From Kofleriaceae bacterium (GTDB lineage: Bacteria; Myxococcota_A; Polyangia; Haliangiales; Haliangiaceae), in contig CBDCCZ010000049.1 of assembly GCA_965215005.1 (NCBI GenBank), forward strand, positions 64,001-128,000: DNA of 64,000 nt, in the 5' to 3' direction. Each line of letters starts with the position of its first letter. Within the stretch, counting starts at the first letter, position 1. Under the pieces are notes generated by a model that worked only from the letters and a program-made list of their open reading frames with translations, had not been told where the DNA came from and searched no databases. The position numbers were made by a program, and so were the translations under genes. Shown piece by piece: positions 1 through 21,421 of this stretch.

Positions 1-283
1 CGATCGCCTTCTTGCTAGCTGACCGACGACCCATGAAGCGGCCCAAGCGCTTGAGCTTGCCGCGCACCACCATGGTGTGAACATCGGTAACGGTGACGTT
101 GAAGAGCGACTGCACCGCCTTACGGATCTCGATTTTATTGGCGTCGGTCGCCACTTCGAAAATGACCTTCTGGGCGTACTCTTCGTCTTCGCCGAAAGTC
201 GTGCCGGTGCCGCCGGTCTCCCGCAGAGCGGTGCTCTTCTCGGTGAGCAGCGGTCGCTTGATGATGGTCTGAGGTGCTCGCAT
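1..283 (-). CDS. rplW: 50S ribosomal protein L23 (3' end runs off the window; not in the ORF track)
   Basis: Manual translation from ATG at 283 gives [22 protein letters not shown]...[27 protein letters not shown]...[20 protein letters not shown]. It lies directly after rplD. Confidence 0.95.
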   Translation of the reverse strand, partial: MRAPQTIIKRPLLTEKSTALRETGGTGTTFGEDEEYAQKVIFEVATDANKIEIRKAVQSLFNVTVTDVHTMVVRGKLKRLGRFMGRRSASKKAI

Positions 284-322
284 CGCTTTGATCTTTCCGA
301 AAGCTGCCAGTCGGCTCGTAGC

Positions 323-958
323 CTACGGGCGCAGTCGCTCCTCGACGAGCTTTGCCGTGGCCGACGTCATCACCAGCGTCTCGTGCTTGAGCACGTCGTA
401 GACGTTGAGCCCCTCGGGGGCGAGCCACTTGGAAGCGGGGAGATTGCGGGTGCCTCGAACCAGCTCCGCATTGTCGGTTGAGTCGACGATGAGAACCTTG
501 CTCGTGGGCTGAGCAGCCCCTAGTGCCGCGAGTGCTGCGACGACATTACGAGTTCTCCCATCAGCGACGGGAAACGTATCGAGAACGATAAATTTATTCT
601 CCCGAACTCGCAGCGACAGAGCAGAGCGCAGCGCCTTCTTCTTGGCTTTCTTGGGCATCGTATAGGCGTAGCTGCGGGGTTTGGGCCCGAAGACGCTACC
701 GCCGCCGACCCATATCGGGCTCTGCGTGGAGCCCTGCCGCGCGCGGCCGGTGCCCTTCTGCTTGTACGGCTTCTTCTTAGTGCCGCGAACTTCGCTACGG
801 CGTTTCACGCTGTGCGTGCCCTGCCGGCGCTTCGCGAGCTGCCACTTCACCGTCTCCCAGAGCAGATGCTCGTGCACGTCGGCGCCGAAGACGGCATCGT
901 CGAGCTCGATCTCCCCGACGCTGTCGCCGGTGGTGTTCTTGACTTGCAACTTGGGCAT
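323..958 (-). CDS. rplD: 50S ribosomal protein L4
   Basis: [15 protein letters not shown] and [11 protein letters not shown] motifs. Confidence 0.98.
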   Translation of the reverse strand: MPKLQVKNTTGDSVGEIELDDAVFGADVHEHLLWETVKWQLAKRRQGTHSVKRRSEVRGTKKKPYKQKGTGRARQGSTQSPIWVGGGSVFGPKPRSYAYTMPKKAKKKALRSALSLRVRENKFIVLDTFPVADGRTRNVVAALAALGAAQPTSKVLIVDSTDNAELVRGTRNLPASKWLAPEGLNVYDVLKHETLVMTSATAKLVEERLRP

Positions 959-974
959 CGTCGTTCCCTAGGGG

Positions 975-1286
<312 letters not shown>

Positions 1287-1299
1287 CGTCTAAGCTTTC

Positions 1300-2496
<1,197 letters not shown>

Positions 2497-2499
2497 TTC

Positions 2500-4578
2500 C
2501 TATGCTCCTACCTTGGCGGCGACTTCTTCGCGGATGCCACTAGGAACCTCCGCGTAATGATCGAACTGCATGCTGTACGTGGCGCGTCCCTGGGTGCGTG
2601 ACCGAAGATCGGTGGCGTAGCCGAACATGGTCGCCAGGGGTACGAGACCGGCGATGACCTGTACACTACTCCGCGCTTCGATTCCAGTGATCTTTCCGCG
2701 ACGAGCGTTGAAATCTCCGATTACCTCGCCGAGGGATTCCTCGGGGGTTACCACCTCGATCGCCATCACCGGCTCGAGGATTGCTACTCCGGCGCGCCCC
2801 GCAGCGTCTTTGAACGCCAGTGAACCCGCCATCTTGAAGGCGATATCGCTCGAGTCCACCTCATGGTGGCTGCCATCGACGAGGGACACCTTGAGGTCGA
2901 CCATGGAGAATCCGGCAACCACGCCGCGCTCGACGGCCTCTTCAACGCCTGCCTGAACCGCTGGCACGTACTCTTTGGGTATCGCGTCGGCCGCGACCGC
3001 GCTCTCGAAGAGCACGCCGGCGCCTCGCTCTCGAGGCTCCACGACGAGCCGGACATGGGCGTACTGGCCGCGGAGACCGACCTGCTTGGCATAGCGAGCC
3101 TCGCCTTCACCGCGGCCGAGCACGGTCTCGCGGTAGGCAACTCGTGGTCGTCCGATGCGAACGTTGACGTGAAACTCGCGACGCAGGCGGTCGGCGATGA
3201 TCTCCAGATGCAGCTCGCCCATGCCTGAAACGACGGTCTGAAGCGAGTCGCCATCAACGTGAACCCGAAACGACGGATCTTCTGCAGCGAGCTTCTCTAG
3301 GGCGTCCGCGAGCGCGTCATAATCCTGGGGAGTCTCGGGCTCAAGGGCCACACCGATGACCGGAGCGGGCGCCTTAATCGTCTCGAGCGAGATCGGTGCC
3401 GCGGGATCGGTGAGGGTGTCGCCGGTGGTCGCGGTCCGCAATCCAATTGCTGCGCCGATATCACCAGCGGAGATCTCCTTGATCTCCTCGCGCATGTTTG
3501 CGTGCATCCGCACGATCCGGCCGATGCGCTCGCGCTTGCCCTTCGAGGCATTGAGCACGGAGTCCCCCGTGCGCAAACAGCCAGAGTAGACGCGGAAATA
3601 CGTCAATGCGCCGACGACAGGATCGCTTGCAATCTTGAAAGCCAGCGCTGCCAGCGGCGCATCTTCAGAGCAGCGGCGACTCTCGGGCTGCCCCGACGTC
3701 GGGTCGACCCCGCTTACAGCCGAAACATCCGCGGGGGACGGCAAGTACCGAACGACAGCGTCGAGGAGGCTGTGAATACCTTTGTTCTTGAAAGCGGCGC
3801 CGACTAGCACGGGAACCGCACGTAAGTCCAGAGTGGCGCGACGCAACGCCGCGTGAATCTCTTCCGCAGCGGGCTCTGTCGGACCGAGCAGCCGCTCCAT
3901 GAACGCATCGTCGATGTCGGCGAGGGCGTCGAGCATTGCCGAACGGGCCGCAAGCGCTCTATCGAGATGCTGAGACGGAATCGCCGCGTCGCTAAACTGG
4001 ATGCCAAGACTATCGGCGTCCCACGTGCGGGCGGTCATCTCGATTAGGTCGATGATCCCATCGAAGTCGTGCTGCAGCACGCACGGGATCTGCAAGACGA
4101 TCGGATGGGCGGCCAGCCGCTGCCGCATCCCCTGCACCACCGCGTCGGGATCGGCTCCCGTTCGATCACACTTGTTAATGAACGCGACGCGCGGCACCCG
4201 ATAACGGTCGGCCTGACGCCACACGGTCTCGCTCTGCGGCTCCACGCCGCCCACCGCGCAGAACACAGCGATGACGCCATCGAGCACCCGCAGCGACCGC
4301 TCGACCTCAATCGTGAAGTCGACGTGCCCCGGCGTATCGATGAGGTTGATCTGGTGATCATCCCACTGCAGCGTCGTCGCAGCCGCGGTGATGGAGATGC
4401 CGCGCTCCTGCTCTTGCTCCATCCAGTCCATGACAGTGGAGCCATCGTGCACCTCACCGAGGCGCTGCGACACACCGCTGTAAAACAGGATGCGCTCGCT
4501 GGTGGTTGTCTTACCAGCGTCGATATGCGCCATGATCCCGATATTGCGGGTGCGCGCTATGTCGATGGAGCGAGCCAC
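2500..4578 (-). CDS. fusA: Elongation factor G family protein (divergent)
   Basis: AHIDAGKTT, DTPGHVDF, GMGELHLEI and LRSRTQGRA motifs; located between rpsG and tuf. Confidence 0.93.
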   Translation of the reverse strand: MARSIDIARTRNIGIMAHIDAGKTTTSERILFYSGVSQRLGEVHDGSTVMDWMEQEQERGISITAAATTLQWDDHQINLIDTPGHVDFTIEVERSLRVLDGVIAVFCAVGGVEPQSETVWRQADRYRVPRVAFINKCDRTGADPDAVVQGMRQRLAAHPIVLQIPCVLQHDFDGIIDLIEMTARTWDADSLGIQFSDAAIPSQHLDRALAARSAMLDALADIDDAFMERLLGPTEPAAEEIHAALRRATLDLRAVPVLVGAAFKNKGIHSLLDAVVRYLPSPADVSAVSGVDPTSGQPESRRCSEDAPLAALAFKIASDPVVGALTYFRVYSGCLRTGDSVLNASKGKRERIGRIVRMHANMREEIKEISAGDIGAAIGLRTATTGDTLTDPAAPISLETIKAPAPVIGVALEPETPQDYDALADALEKLAAEDPSFRVHVDGDSLQTVVSGMGELHLEIIADRLRREFHVNVRIGRPRVAYRETVLGRGEGEARYAKQVGLRGQYAHVRLVVEPRERGAGVLFESAVAADAIPKEYVPAVQAGVEEAVERGVVAGFSMVDLKVSLVDGSHHEVDSSDIAFKMAGSLAFKDAAGRAGVAILEPVMAIEVVTPEESLGEVIGDFNARRGKITGIEARSSVQVIAGLVPLATMFGYATDLRSRTQGRATYSMQFDHYAEVPSGIREEVAAKVGA

Positions 4579-4843
4579 GGTCGTCGTAGAGGAACCGGGG
4601 CCCGCAAGAAGCGGAGGCTGTGCTGCTGGCGATGAATGGGCGAGGACGACGAACTAGCCGGGAATGGAGGAGGCTCGGCCAGTGAGTGGGGGGCGCAGGA
4701 CGCTGCGCGGCCATCTCGTCGAGCTCGCTGGTTCGGCACCTGCCGCCTGTCGAGCCCCTGTTGGGAAATGATCCGCTGTCCTCGTCTCCTGATTCTCGAA
4801 AGGTCTCGTGTACTCGTTGCTTGCGTACTGATACTGCCGCGGA

Positions 4844-5332
4844 CTACCAGCGGTAATGGGCGAACGCACGGTTTGCGTCGGCCATCTTGTGAACGTCTTC
4901 GCGCTTCTTGACCGCGGAACCGCGATTTTGCGCCGCGTCAAGAATCTCGTTGGCCAGCCGTTCGACCATGGTCTTCTCGTTGCGACCGCGCGAGTAGCTG
5001 ATGAGCCAACGCATTCCAAGGGCCGTGGAGCGGTCGGGACGCACATCCACCGGAACCTGGTAGGTGGAGCCACCGACGCGGCGAGACTTCACTTCTACCT
5101 TGGGCCGCACGTTGTTGAGCGCGCGGTCCCAAACTTTGAGAGGGTCGTCTTTGGCTCGTTCGGCGACCAGGTCGAAGGCGCCGTACACGATCTGCTCGGC
5201 GACGGACTTCTTGCCATCGTACATGAGCGCGTTGATGAACTTGGTGATACGGCGACGAAAATCAGGAGCCGCATCCGTGAACTTCGGATCCGGCAAGACT
5301 TTGCGCTTGGGAACTTCGCCTTTGCGGGGCAT
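4844..5332 (-). CDS. rpsG: 30S ribosomal protein S7
   Basis: [15 protein letters not shown] motif; C-terminus [15 protein letters not shown]. Confidence 0.99.
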   Translation of the reverse strand: MPRKGEVPKRKVLPDPKFTDAAPDFRRRITKFINALMYDGKKSVAEQIVYGAFDLVAERAKDDPLKVWDRALNNVRPKVEVKSRRVGGSTYQVPVDVRPDRSTALGMRWLISYSRGRNEKTMVERLANEILDAAQNRGSAVKKREDVHKMADANRAFAHYRW

Positions 5333-5349
5333 CGTCTACGCTCCTTAAC

Positions 5350-5721
5350 CTACTTGGGGCGTTTCGTTCCGTACTTGGAACGGCCCTGCTTGCGATTGGA
5401 AACGCCGGTGGTGTCCAACGTGCCGCGCACGATGTGATACCGAACGCCGGGGAGGTCCTTAACACGACCGCCGCGAATCAGCACGACCGAGTGCTCCTGC
5501 AGGTTGTGCCCCTCACCGGGAATATAGGAGGTAACCTCCATGCCGTTGGTAAGGCGAACGCGAGCCACCTTGCGGAGAGCCGAGTTCGGCTTCTTCGGCG
5601 TCGAGGTGTAAACGCGCACACAGACGCCGCGCTTCTGCGGACAACCCTTGAGGGCGGGCGCGGTGCCCTTCTTATTGACCTTTTTACGGCCGTGGCGAAC
5701 TAGCTGATTGATCGTAGGCAT
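5350..5721 (-). CDS. rpsL: 30S ribosomal protein S12
   Basis: [19 protein letters not shown] and [12 protein letters not shown] motifs. Confidence 0.99.
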   Translation of the reverse strand: MPTINQLVRHGRKKVNKKGTAPALKGCPQKRGVCVRVYTSTPKKPNSALRKVARVRLTNGMEVTSYIPGEGHNLQEHSVVLIRGGRVKDLPGVRYHIVRGTLDTTGVSNRKQGRSKYGTKRPK

Positions 5722-5766
5722 TCTCTACCGCTCGGCTTAGGTGCAGTCAGGACGCGGAATCGCGAA

Positions 5767-5794
5767 ATTCTATGTAAGAACGAGGCCATGTCAA
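5767..5794 (-). promoter_or_regulatory. Sigma70-type promoter of the str operon
   Basis: The - strand reads TTGACA-N16-TAGAAT, about 45 nt upstream of the rpsL ATG. Confidence 0.8.
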
Positions 5795-5990
5795 CCCTGT
5801 TCTCCAACTTGCGCTCGAGTACTTGCTGCGCTCACTTCAAAACCATCGCCATTAGACGCAGGCGCGACGGAGGGAGATGAGGACGGAATGAGACGCAGAA
5901 GGTCGCGGAACGTAGCAGCAAACGAAGCGGCGGTCGAGGGATAAGCACCGTCTTCGCGCAAAGAGATGGGTCAGCCGCGGAGACAGCAGG

Positions 5991-6386
5991 TCAATGGGTC
6001 CAACGACGGTCCTTCGTGGGCTGTTCGACGTCATCGTCAAACTCATGAGCCATCACGAAAACGTACGCGGCTTCACGCGCATTAGGGGATTCGACGATGC
6101 ACTCGAATACGTGCTCATCGCTGTCGCCCGGCTCGCTTTGGACATAGGCGATCTCCTGCGCAAACACCACCAATTCGCCCACCAGCTCCTTGCCCCGCAC
6201 GAGCTGGACGACCAACGTGCTCTCGTCCTCCGAGGTGAGGTTCCAGTGAAAGTCGTCGTGATCGAACAAGAACGCGTCCGGGGTGCCGGCGCGTACGATG
6301 CAGTTGACGTGACCATGGAGCCAAGTCCAAAACTTATCGAACGGAACAGTGAGAGCGGTCGACGCCAGCGGCTTGGTGGAGGGCAT
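5991..6386 (-). CDS. Hypothetical acidic protein (~131 aa; start probably MPSTKP at 6386)
   Basis: The ORF has globular, protein-like composition (FDKFWTWLHGHVNCIVRAGTPD...). It fills the gap between the rpoC terminator and the rpsL promoter. Confidence 0.75.
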   Translation of the reverse strand: MPSTKPLASTALTVPFDKFWTWLHGHVNCIVRAGTPDAFLFDHDDFHWNLTSEDESTLVVQLVRGKELVGELVVFAQEIAYVQSEPGDSDEHVFECIVESPNAREAAYVFVMAHEFDDDVEQPTKDRRWTH

Positions 6387-6521
6387 TCCGAGGCGGAGCA
6401 TAGCCTGCTTTGCAGGCGTGGGCCACACAGGTAGCAGTGCAGCATGGCCAAAAACCGCATTTGGGCGACGCGTACACCGCTCCGAGATTGATCGGCGGAT
6501 CTTCCATGACGCCCTCAATAG

Positions 6522-6549
6522 AAAAGCCCCGCCAACCGGCGGGGCTTTT
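6522..6549. terminator. Bidirectional-type intrinsic terminator after rpoC
   Basis: Perfect inverted repeat AAAAGCCCCGCC-AACC-GGCGGGGCTTTT. Confidence 0.9.
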
Positions 6550-6595
6550 ACAGAGATTGCCGCACTCGCGGACAGCGAGATGCCGCACCGCGCTG

Positions 6596-10819
<4,224 letters not shown>

Positions 10820-11017
10820 GGTATCTCCTTAAGGGCTCTCGGCTCTGTCGGTTCGGATTCACGCGATGAGGCACCGTCACAACTCGCAGGAGTCGTGACG
10901 CGGTTCGCGCCCGCCCCCACCTGGAGCGAGGACGGTTGCGAACGGCTGCTGAGGCTCCCGATTCGGCGTCTCCCCATCGATTCTGGTCTACTAGTGGGTC
11001 GCGACTCTCGCCGACCC

Positions 11018-15223
<4,206 letters not shown>

Positions 15224-15286
15224 GACGTCTTGTTTCCCCTCTTTGCGCTGGTCCCTGGTCACGCCCGCACGGGCGCGGCACTACCG

Positions 15287-15359
15287 AAAAAGACACGTCG
15301 GCGCATCTCGTTCAGGGAAACCTCCGCAGAGAGCCCTGAACGAGATCCGCCAACGTGTC
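15287..15359 (-). promoter_or_regulatory. Long stem-loop with U-tract in the rplL-rpoB spacer (candidate attenuator or RNase III site)
   Basis: The - strand RNA GACACGUUGGCGGAUCUCGUUCAGGG pairs with CCCUGAACGAGAUGCGCCGACGUGUC (26 bp, one G-U pair and one mismatch), followed by UUUUU. Confidence 0.7.
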
Positions 15360-15685
15360 GCGCACCCGCTGAAGAACATTGGCTAGCACGTCGCGCTCGT
15401 CTCGCCAGGCGGAACGAGGAGCCGTGATCAGCAATGCCTGCAGCGTTTTGACCGTCGAGCTGTGCCACTCGGCCCGTCGGCGAAAATGCCTCAGGACCGA
15501 GCGGTACGCAGCGGAAGCGAGCGCTACGCGCACTTTCGCTGGCTAGATCGATGTCTTGGATCGAGAACTCTCGCCAAACCACCGACCACGATACTGAACG
15601 CAGAACACACGAGTCCGCCCCGCGGCGGATACACGTATCCACCGCGCCTGCTCTGGCGAAAGGCCGACTCGAAAATCGCACCAAG

Positions 15686-16072
15686 CTACTTGATCTCGAC
15701 CTCGGCGCCAGCCGCTTTGAGCTTCTCCGCGATCTCGTTGGCTTCGTCTTTGGAGACATTCTCCTTGACGTCCTTTGGAGCACCGTCCACGAGATCTTTG
15801 GCGTCCTTGAGCCCGAGACCCGTGATCTCACGGACCGCCTTGATGACCTGGATCTTCTGGCCACCAGCTGCCTTGAGCGAAACGGTGAACTCGGTTTGCT
15901 CCGCTGCAGGTGCCGCCTCTGCGGCGCCGCCGCCACCAGCCGGACCAGCAACGGCAACTGGAGCGGCCTTGACGCCCCACTTATCCTCGAGGTCCTTGGT
16001 GAGCTTGACCAAGTCCATGACGGTCAAGTTGCTCAGGTAATCGACAACCTGTTCCTGGGTGATGTCTGCCAT
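15686..16072 (-). CDS. rplL: 50S ribosomal protein L7/L12
   Basis: EQTEFTV and [23 protein letters not shown] motifs; C-terminus AGAEVEIK. Confidence 0.99.
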   Translation of the reverse strand: MADITQEQVVDYLSNLTVMDLVKLTKDLEDKWGVKAAPVAVAGPAGGGGAAEAAPAAEQTEFTVSLKAAGGQKIQVIKAVREITGLGLKDAKDLVDGAPKDVKENVSKDEANEIAEKLKAAGAEVEIK

Positions 16073-16235
16073 CGCTTGTTTCCTCGTTGCTAGTACTGCT
16101 CTTTGGCAGTGATGTCCAAAAATGAAACTCGTTCTCGCGTGCAGTACCGAAAGGAGCCGCTACTGTCGCTGGAAAAAATCATCAATCACGACGCCGGATG
16201 CTCGCTCTTGCAAGCCACGCTGCCGGCGGCAAGTT

Positions 16236-16754
16236 CTAGGCTTCGAGACCTCGCCTACGCGCGTCGAGCAGATACATGAAGTTCTGCGGGCCCGCGATTA
16301 CCTGGCGAACGAAATCCTGCGGCGCTGCCAAGAAGGTCATCAGCATCGTCGCGCGCAGCTCATCCTTTCCAGGCATCTTGGAAAGCTGCTCCACACCGGC
16401 GCTATCGAGTACGGAGCCCTCGAAGAAGCCGCCCTTGATGGTAAACTTTTCCTGCTCTTTAGCGTACTTGAGCGCTATTTTCGCCGCGCTAGAGGGCGAG
16501 TCGACCGACCAAATGACCGCCGTCGGGCCACTGAGGAGTGTCGACATCGGCTCTAAGTCTGAGCCTTTGATCGCGATCTTGACGAGAGTGTTCTTCAACA
16601 CCCGATAGCCACAGTTGGCGTTGCGAAACTCATCGCGCATCGCGGTCACCGTCGGCACGTCGATGCCGCGATAATCAGCCAGAACGACGCTCATGACGCC
16701 GCTCAAGGTCTCACGGATCTCTCCAACCATCTGTTCTTTTGCTGACCTGTCCAT
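16236..16754 (-). CDS. rplJ: 50S ribosomal protein L10 (start ATG at 16754, MDRSAKEQ)
   Basis: ADYRGI and VLKNTLVKIA motifs; located between rplA and rplL; GAGG ribosome-binding site upstream. Confidence 0.97.
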   Translation of the reverse strand: MDRSAKEQMVGEIRETLSGVMSVVLADYRGIDVPTVTAMRDEFRNANCGYRVLKNTLVKIAIKGSDLEPMSTLLSGPTAVIWSVDSPSSAAKIALKYAKEQEKFTIKGGFFEGSVLDSAGVEQLSKMPGKDELRATMLMTFLAAPQDFVRQVIAGPQNFMYLLDARRRGLEA

Positions 16755-16870
16755 GTCGCTCACCTCGCTATGGCCAATCGCCGAAAAGCAGTTGCCCCTC
16801 TGTAGCTCCAACAGAGGGGTCGCCGCTCGAGCGGCGGCCAAGATGCCGACCAACTCGCGGAACGCTCCCT

Positions 16871-16914
16871 CCATCTCCGCGGGATTTACGCCAAAGGCTA
16901 CCTGCTTCTTCGAC
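16871..16914 (-). promoter_or_regulatory. L10 leader (rplJ autoregulatory RNA), core region
   Basis: The - strand reads GTCGAAGAAGCAGGTAGCCTTTGGCGTAAATCCCGCGGAGATGG. It resembles the GAAGAC-GCAGG...TAA...CC(T)GC-GAG pattern of L10 leaders and is in the expected rplA-rplJ spacer. Confidence 0.65.
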
Positions 16915-16978
16915 AGAGTCGCTTGCGTTGCTCGATTGGCTCGTAAGAAAGTCCTCTCTGAATGCAGCTAGACGAGCG

Positions 16979-17683
16979 CTAGACGGCGGCCTTACCCACC
17001 GTTGTGGGGTCAACCTTCACGCCAGGTCCGTGGGTGGTCGAGACCGTAATCGAGCGGATGTAGGCGCCCTTTGCGGTCGATGGCTTGAGCTTGAGCAGCA
17101 GCTCCAAAAACGCGTTCAAGTTATCCGCGAGCTTTGCGGAGGAGAACGATGCCTTACCGATCGGCGAATGCACGATGCCGGCCTTCTCAACGCGGAACTC
17201 GACCCGACCAGCCTTTAGCTCTCCCACCGCCTTCGCGACATCCATCGTGACGGTGCCGACTTTTGGGTTGGGCATAAGGCCACGGGGACCGAGAACACGG
17301 CCAATGCGGCCGACTTGGCCCATCATGTCGGGCGTCGCGACCACAGAATCGAATTCGAACCAGTTCTCGTCCTGGATCTTTTTTACGTACTCTTCGCCAC
17401 CCGCGTAATCTGCGCCGGCCTCGAGAGCTTCCTTGGCCTTGTCGGGCTTGGCGATGACCAACACGCGCTTAGACTTGCCGGTGCCGTGCGGTAAAACGAC
17501 CGCGCCGCGAACCATCTGGTCCGCATGCTTGGGATTGACACCCAGCCGGACAGCGCAGTCTACAGTTTCGTCGAATTTGGACGAGACCTTGAGCTTCGGA
17601 ATCAACTCGCAAGCAGACTCGACGGAGTGCTTCTGCTTGAGATCGTGCTCTTCGAGCATCTTGCGAAATTTCTTGCCCGCCAT
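16979..17683 (-). CDS. rplA: 50S ribosomal protein L1
   Basis: [16 protein letters not shown] and [16 protein letters not shown] motifs. Confidence 0.99.
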   Translation of the reverse strand: MAGKKFRKMLEEHDLKQKHSVESACELIPKLKVSSKFDETVDCAVRLGVNPKHADQMVRGAVVLPHGTGKSKRVLVIAKPDKAKEALEAGADYAGGEEYVKKIQDENWFEFDSVVATPDMMGQVGRIGRVLGPRGLMPNPKVGTVTMDVAKAVGELKAGRVEFRVEKAGIVHSPIGKASFSSAKLADNLNAFLELLLKLKPSTAKGAYIRSITVSTTHGPGVKVDPTTVGKAAV

Positions 17684-17768
17684 GTTTCATCTTCTCCGGG
17701 TGGTTCCTGGTGCAAGCGCCGGTGTCATGGGCTCCCAGGAAAATTCACGCCGACTGTATGCGTCAGCC

Positions 17769-18191
17769 TTAGCGCTGAACGTCGAGCCCCATCGATCGGG
17801 CAGTTCCCGCGACAGAGCGCATCGCTGCCTCGACATCGGTGGTGTTGAGATCCTCGAGCTTGGTCTCAGCGATCTCCCGAATCTGCGCCATCGTCACTTT
17901 ACCGACTTTAGTCTTATTCGGTTCGCCCGAGCCCTTATCGATCTTCGCAGCCTTCTTCAGCAACACGGAAGCCGGTGGCGTCTTGGTGACAAAGGTGAAC
18001 GAGCGGTCCGTATAGGCGGTGATGACGACCGGGATGATGAGGTCGCCCTGCCCTTGGGTGCGCGCGTTAAACTCTTTGCAGAACTGCATGATGTTGAGCC
18101 CATGCTGACCGAGGGCGGGACCCACCGGTGGCGAGGGATTGGCCTTGCCGGCCGGCACCTGCAGCTTGATGAATGCTGAAACCTTCTTCAT
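17769..18191 (-). CDS. rplK: 50S ribosomal protein L11
   Basis: [18 protein letters not shown] and AGTARSMG motifs. Confidence 0.99.
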   Translation of the reverse strand: MKKVSAFIKLQVPAGKANPSPPVGPALGQHGLNIMQFCKEFNARTQGQGDLIIPVVITAYTDRSFTFVTKTPPASVLLKKAAKIDKGSGEPNKTKVGKVTMAQIREIAETKLEDLNTTDVEAAMRSVAGTARSMGLDVQR

Positions 18192-18236
18192 TGGACTGCG
18201 CCCTAACAGTTCGCGTCGTCTAAATCGAACGCGACC

Positions 18237-18848
<612 letters not shown>

Positions 18849-18866
18849 AGTGTCTCGCTGCCCTCT

Positions 18867-19238
18867 CTATCCGTAGATGAACTTCGTCACTGCACCCCAA
18901 ACGAAGTCGAAGGCGCCAAGTATCGATGCGGAGATGATGGTCATGACGATGACCACGACCGTAGAGGCCTTGACCTCTTTGCTGTCGGGCCAAGCGACCT
19001 TCTTGAGCTCCGAGGCGACCTCATTCGCGAGGGTGTAAACCCGTTCGTGACGATAGAGGACCAACCCCACGACGAGCGCAACGATAGCCGCCCCCATGGT
19101 GATCAGGAACTCGTTCGGCGTGCGGGTGAAGAAGCCCCAGATCCAATCTGCAGTCCACTGGAGCAGATAAAACAGAAGCAGTCCCCCGCAGAGGTACATC
19201 AAGTGGACGGGCTTATTTGGTGCGTTTTCCTGCGCCAC
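18867..19238 (-). CDS. secE: Preprotein translocase SecE, long three-TM form (start probably GTG at 19238)
   Basis: EVASELKKVAWP motif followed by a TM helix; located between tRNA-Trp and nusG. Confidence 0.93.
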   Translation of the reverse strand: MAQENAPNKPVHLMYLCGGLLLFYLLQWTADWIWGFFTRTPNEFLITMGAAIVALVVGLVLYRHERVYTLANEVASELKKVAWPDSKEVKASTVVVIVMTIISASILGAFDFVWGAVTKFIYG

Positions 19239-19277
19239 GAACGTGCTCCGCGACTGGGTTACTACTCTTGAATCGGC

Positions 19278-19353
19278 TGGCACGGGAGGAGGGACTTGAA
19301 CCCCCAACCCTCCGCTTTGGAGACGGATGCTCTACCAGTTGAGCTACTCCCGT
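19278..19353 (-). tRNA. tRNA-Trp (CCA)
   Basis: Cloverleaf ACGGGAG...TCCGT-CTCCAAA-GCGGA...GGTTCAAGTCC...CTCCCGTG-CCA. Confidence 0.97.
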
Positions 19354-19429
19354 AAAGCATGTCTGAGGGATGAGCATCCATCGGACATGAGGCGCCGAAA
19401 CACTTGATATCAGAGCAGATGGAAGCGGA

Positions 19430-19458
19430 CGTGTACCCCACTTAAGGGTCGGATGCAA
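19430..19458 (-). promoter_or_regulatory. Possible sigma70 promoter for trnW-secE-nusG
   Basis: TTGCAT-N17-TACACG immediately downstream of the tuf terminator. Confidence 0.4.
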
Positions 19459-19470
19459 GGCCGCCGTAGC

Positions 19471-19501
19471 AAATAAAAGGCCCGGCTCATAGGCCGGGCC
19501 T
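19471..19501 (-). terminator. Intrinsic terminator after tuf
   Basis: The - strand reads AGGCCCGGC-CTATGA-GCCGGGCCT-TTTATTT. Confidence 0.88.
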
Positions 19502-19530
19502 CAATACTGGCTCTTTCTCGGTGCTTGAAC

Positions 19531-20727
<1,197 letters not shown>

Positions 20728-20792
20728 CTTCTGCGCTCTCCGTTGCGACTAGGTCGGCGAAGCCTGAGTTATGCTGCGAATGGATTATCTAG

Positions 20793-20864
20793 AGCCCAAG
20801 GCCGGGATTGAACCGGCGACCCCGTCCTTACCAAGGACGTGCTCTACCACTGAGCCACTTGGGC
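20793..20864 (-). tRNA. tRNA-Thr (GGT), CCA not encoded
   Basis: GCCCAAG...CGTCC-TTGGTAA-GGACG...GGTTCAATCCC...CTTGGGCT, followed by CTA. Confidence 0.96.
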
Positions 20865-20897
20865 GTTTCAAGCACTTCATCTAACGAAACGACGCGG

Positions 20898-20970
<73 letters not shown>

Positions 20971-20981
20971 GCAGACCCTAT

Positions 20982-21068
<87 letters not shown>

Positions 21069-21115
21069 TTTATAGATCAGGTTGTGCGTCTTGCGACCTT
21101 TCGCCCCAAAAAAAA

Positions 21116-21191
21116 TGGAGCTGGCGGTGGGACTCGAACCCGCGACCTCCTGATTACAAGTCAGGTGCTCTACCAGTTGAGCTACGCCAGC
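21116..21191 (-). tRNA. tRNA-Thr (TGT)
   Basis: GCTGGCG...CCTGA-CTTGTAA-TCAGG...GGTTCGAGTCC...CGCCAGCT-CCA. Confidence 0.97.
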
Positions 21192-21240
21192 GGAATGACA
21201 GCACTTTCGTAGCGCCGGCCCATGCCTGGCGTGGGAGGTG

Positions 21241-21271
21241 AGTGTATACGCGTGGCTCGCGCGCGAGTCAA
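21241..21271 (-). promoter_or_regulatory. Probable sigma70 promoter of the tRNA-tuf operon
   Basis: The - strand reads TTGACT-N17-TATACACT, about 50 nt upstream of tRNA-Thr(TGT). Confidence 0.6.
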
Positions 21272-21421
21272 CCGCGGCGAGCTGGTTTTTCGGCAGCAAG
21301 CACGCGTCTCGATCCACATCATTATATAGCGGATGACGCTGAGATGATCAGCCCGCGCTCCGGATGAGCGACCCCGCGGAATGCGGTGAGAGACGCGGCC
21401 TGCCCTGCCCGCCCAGAATGC

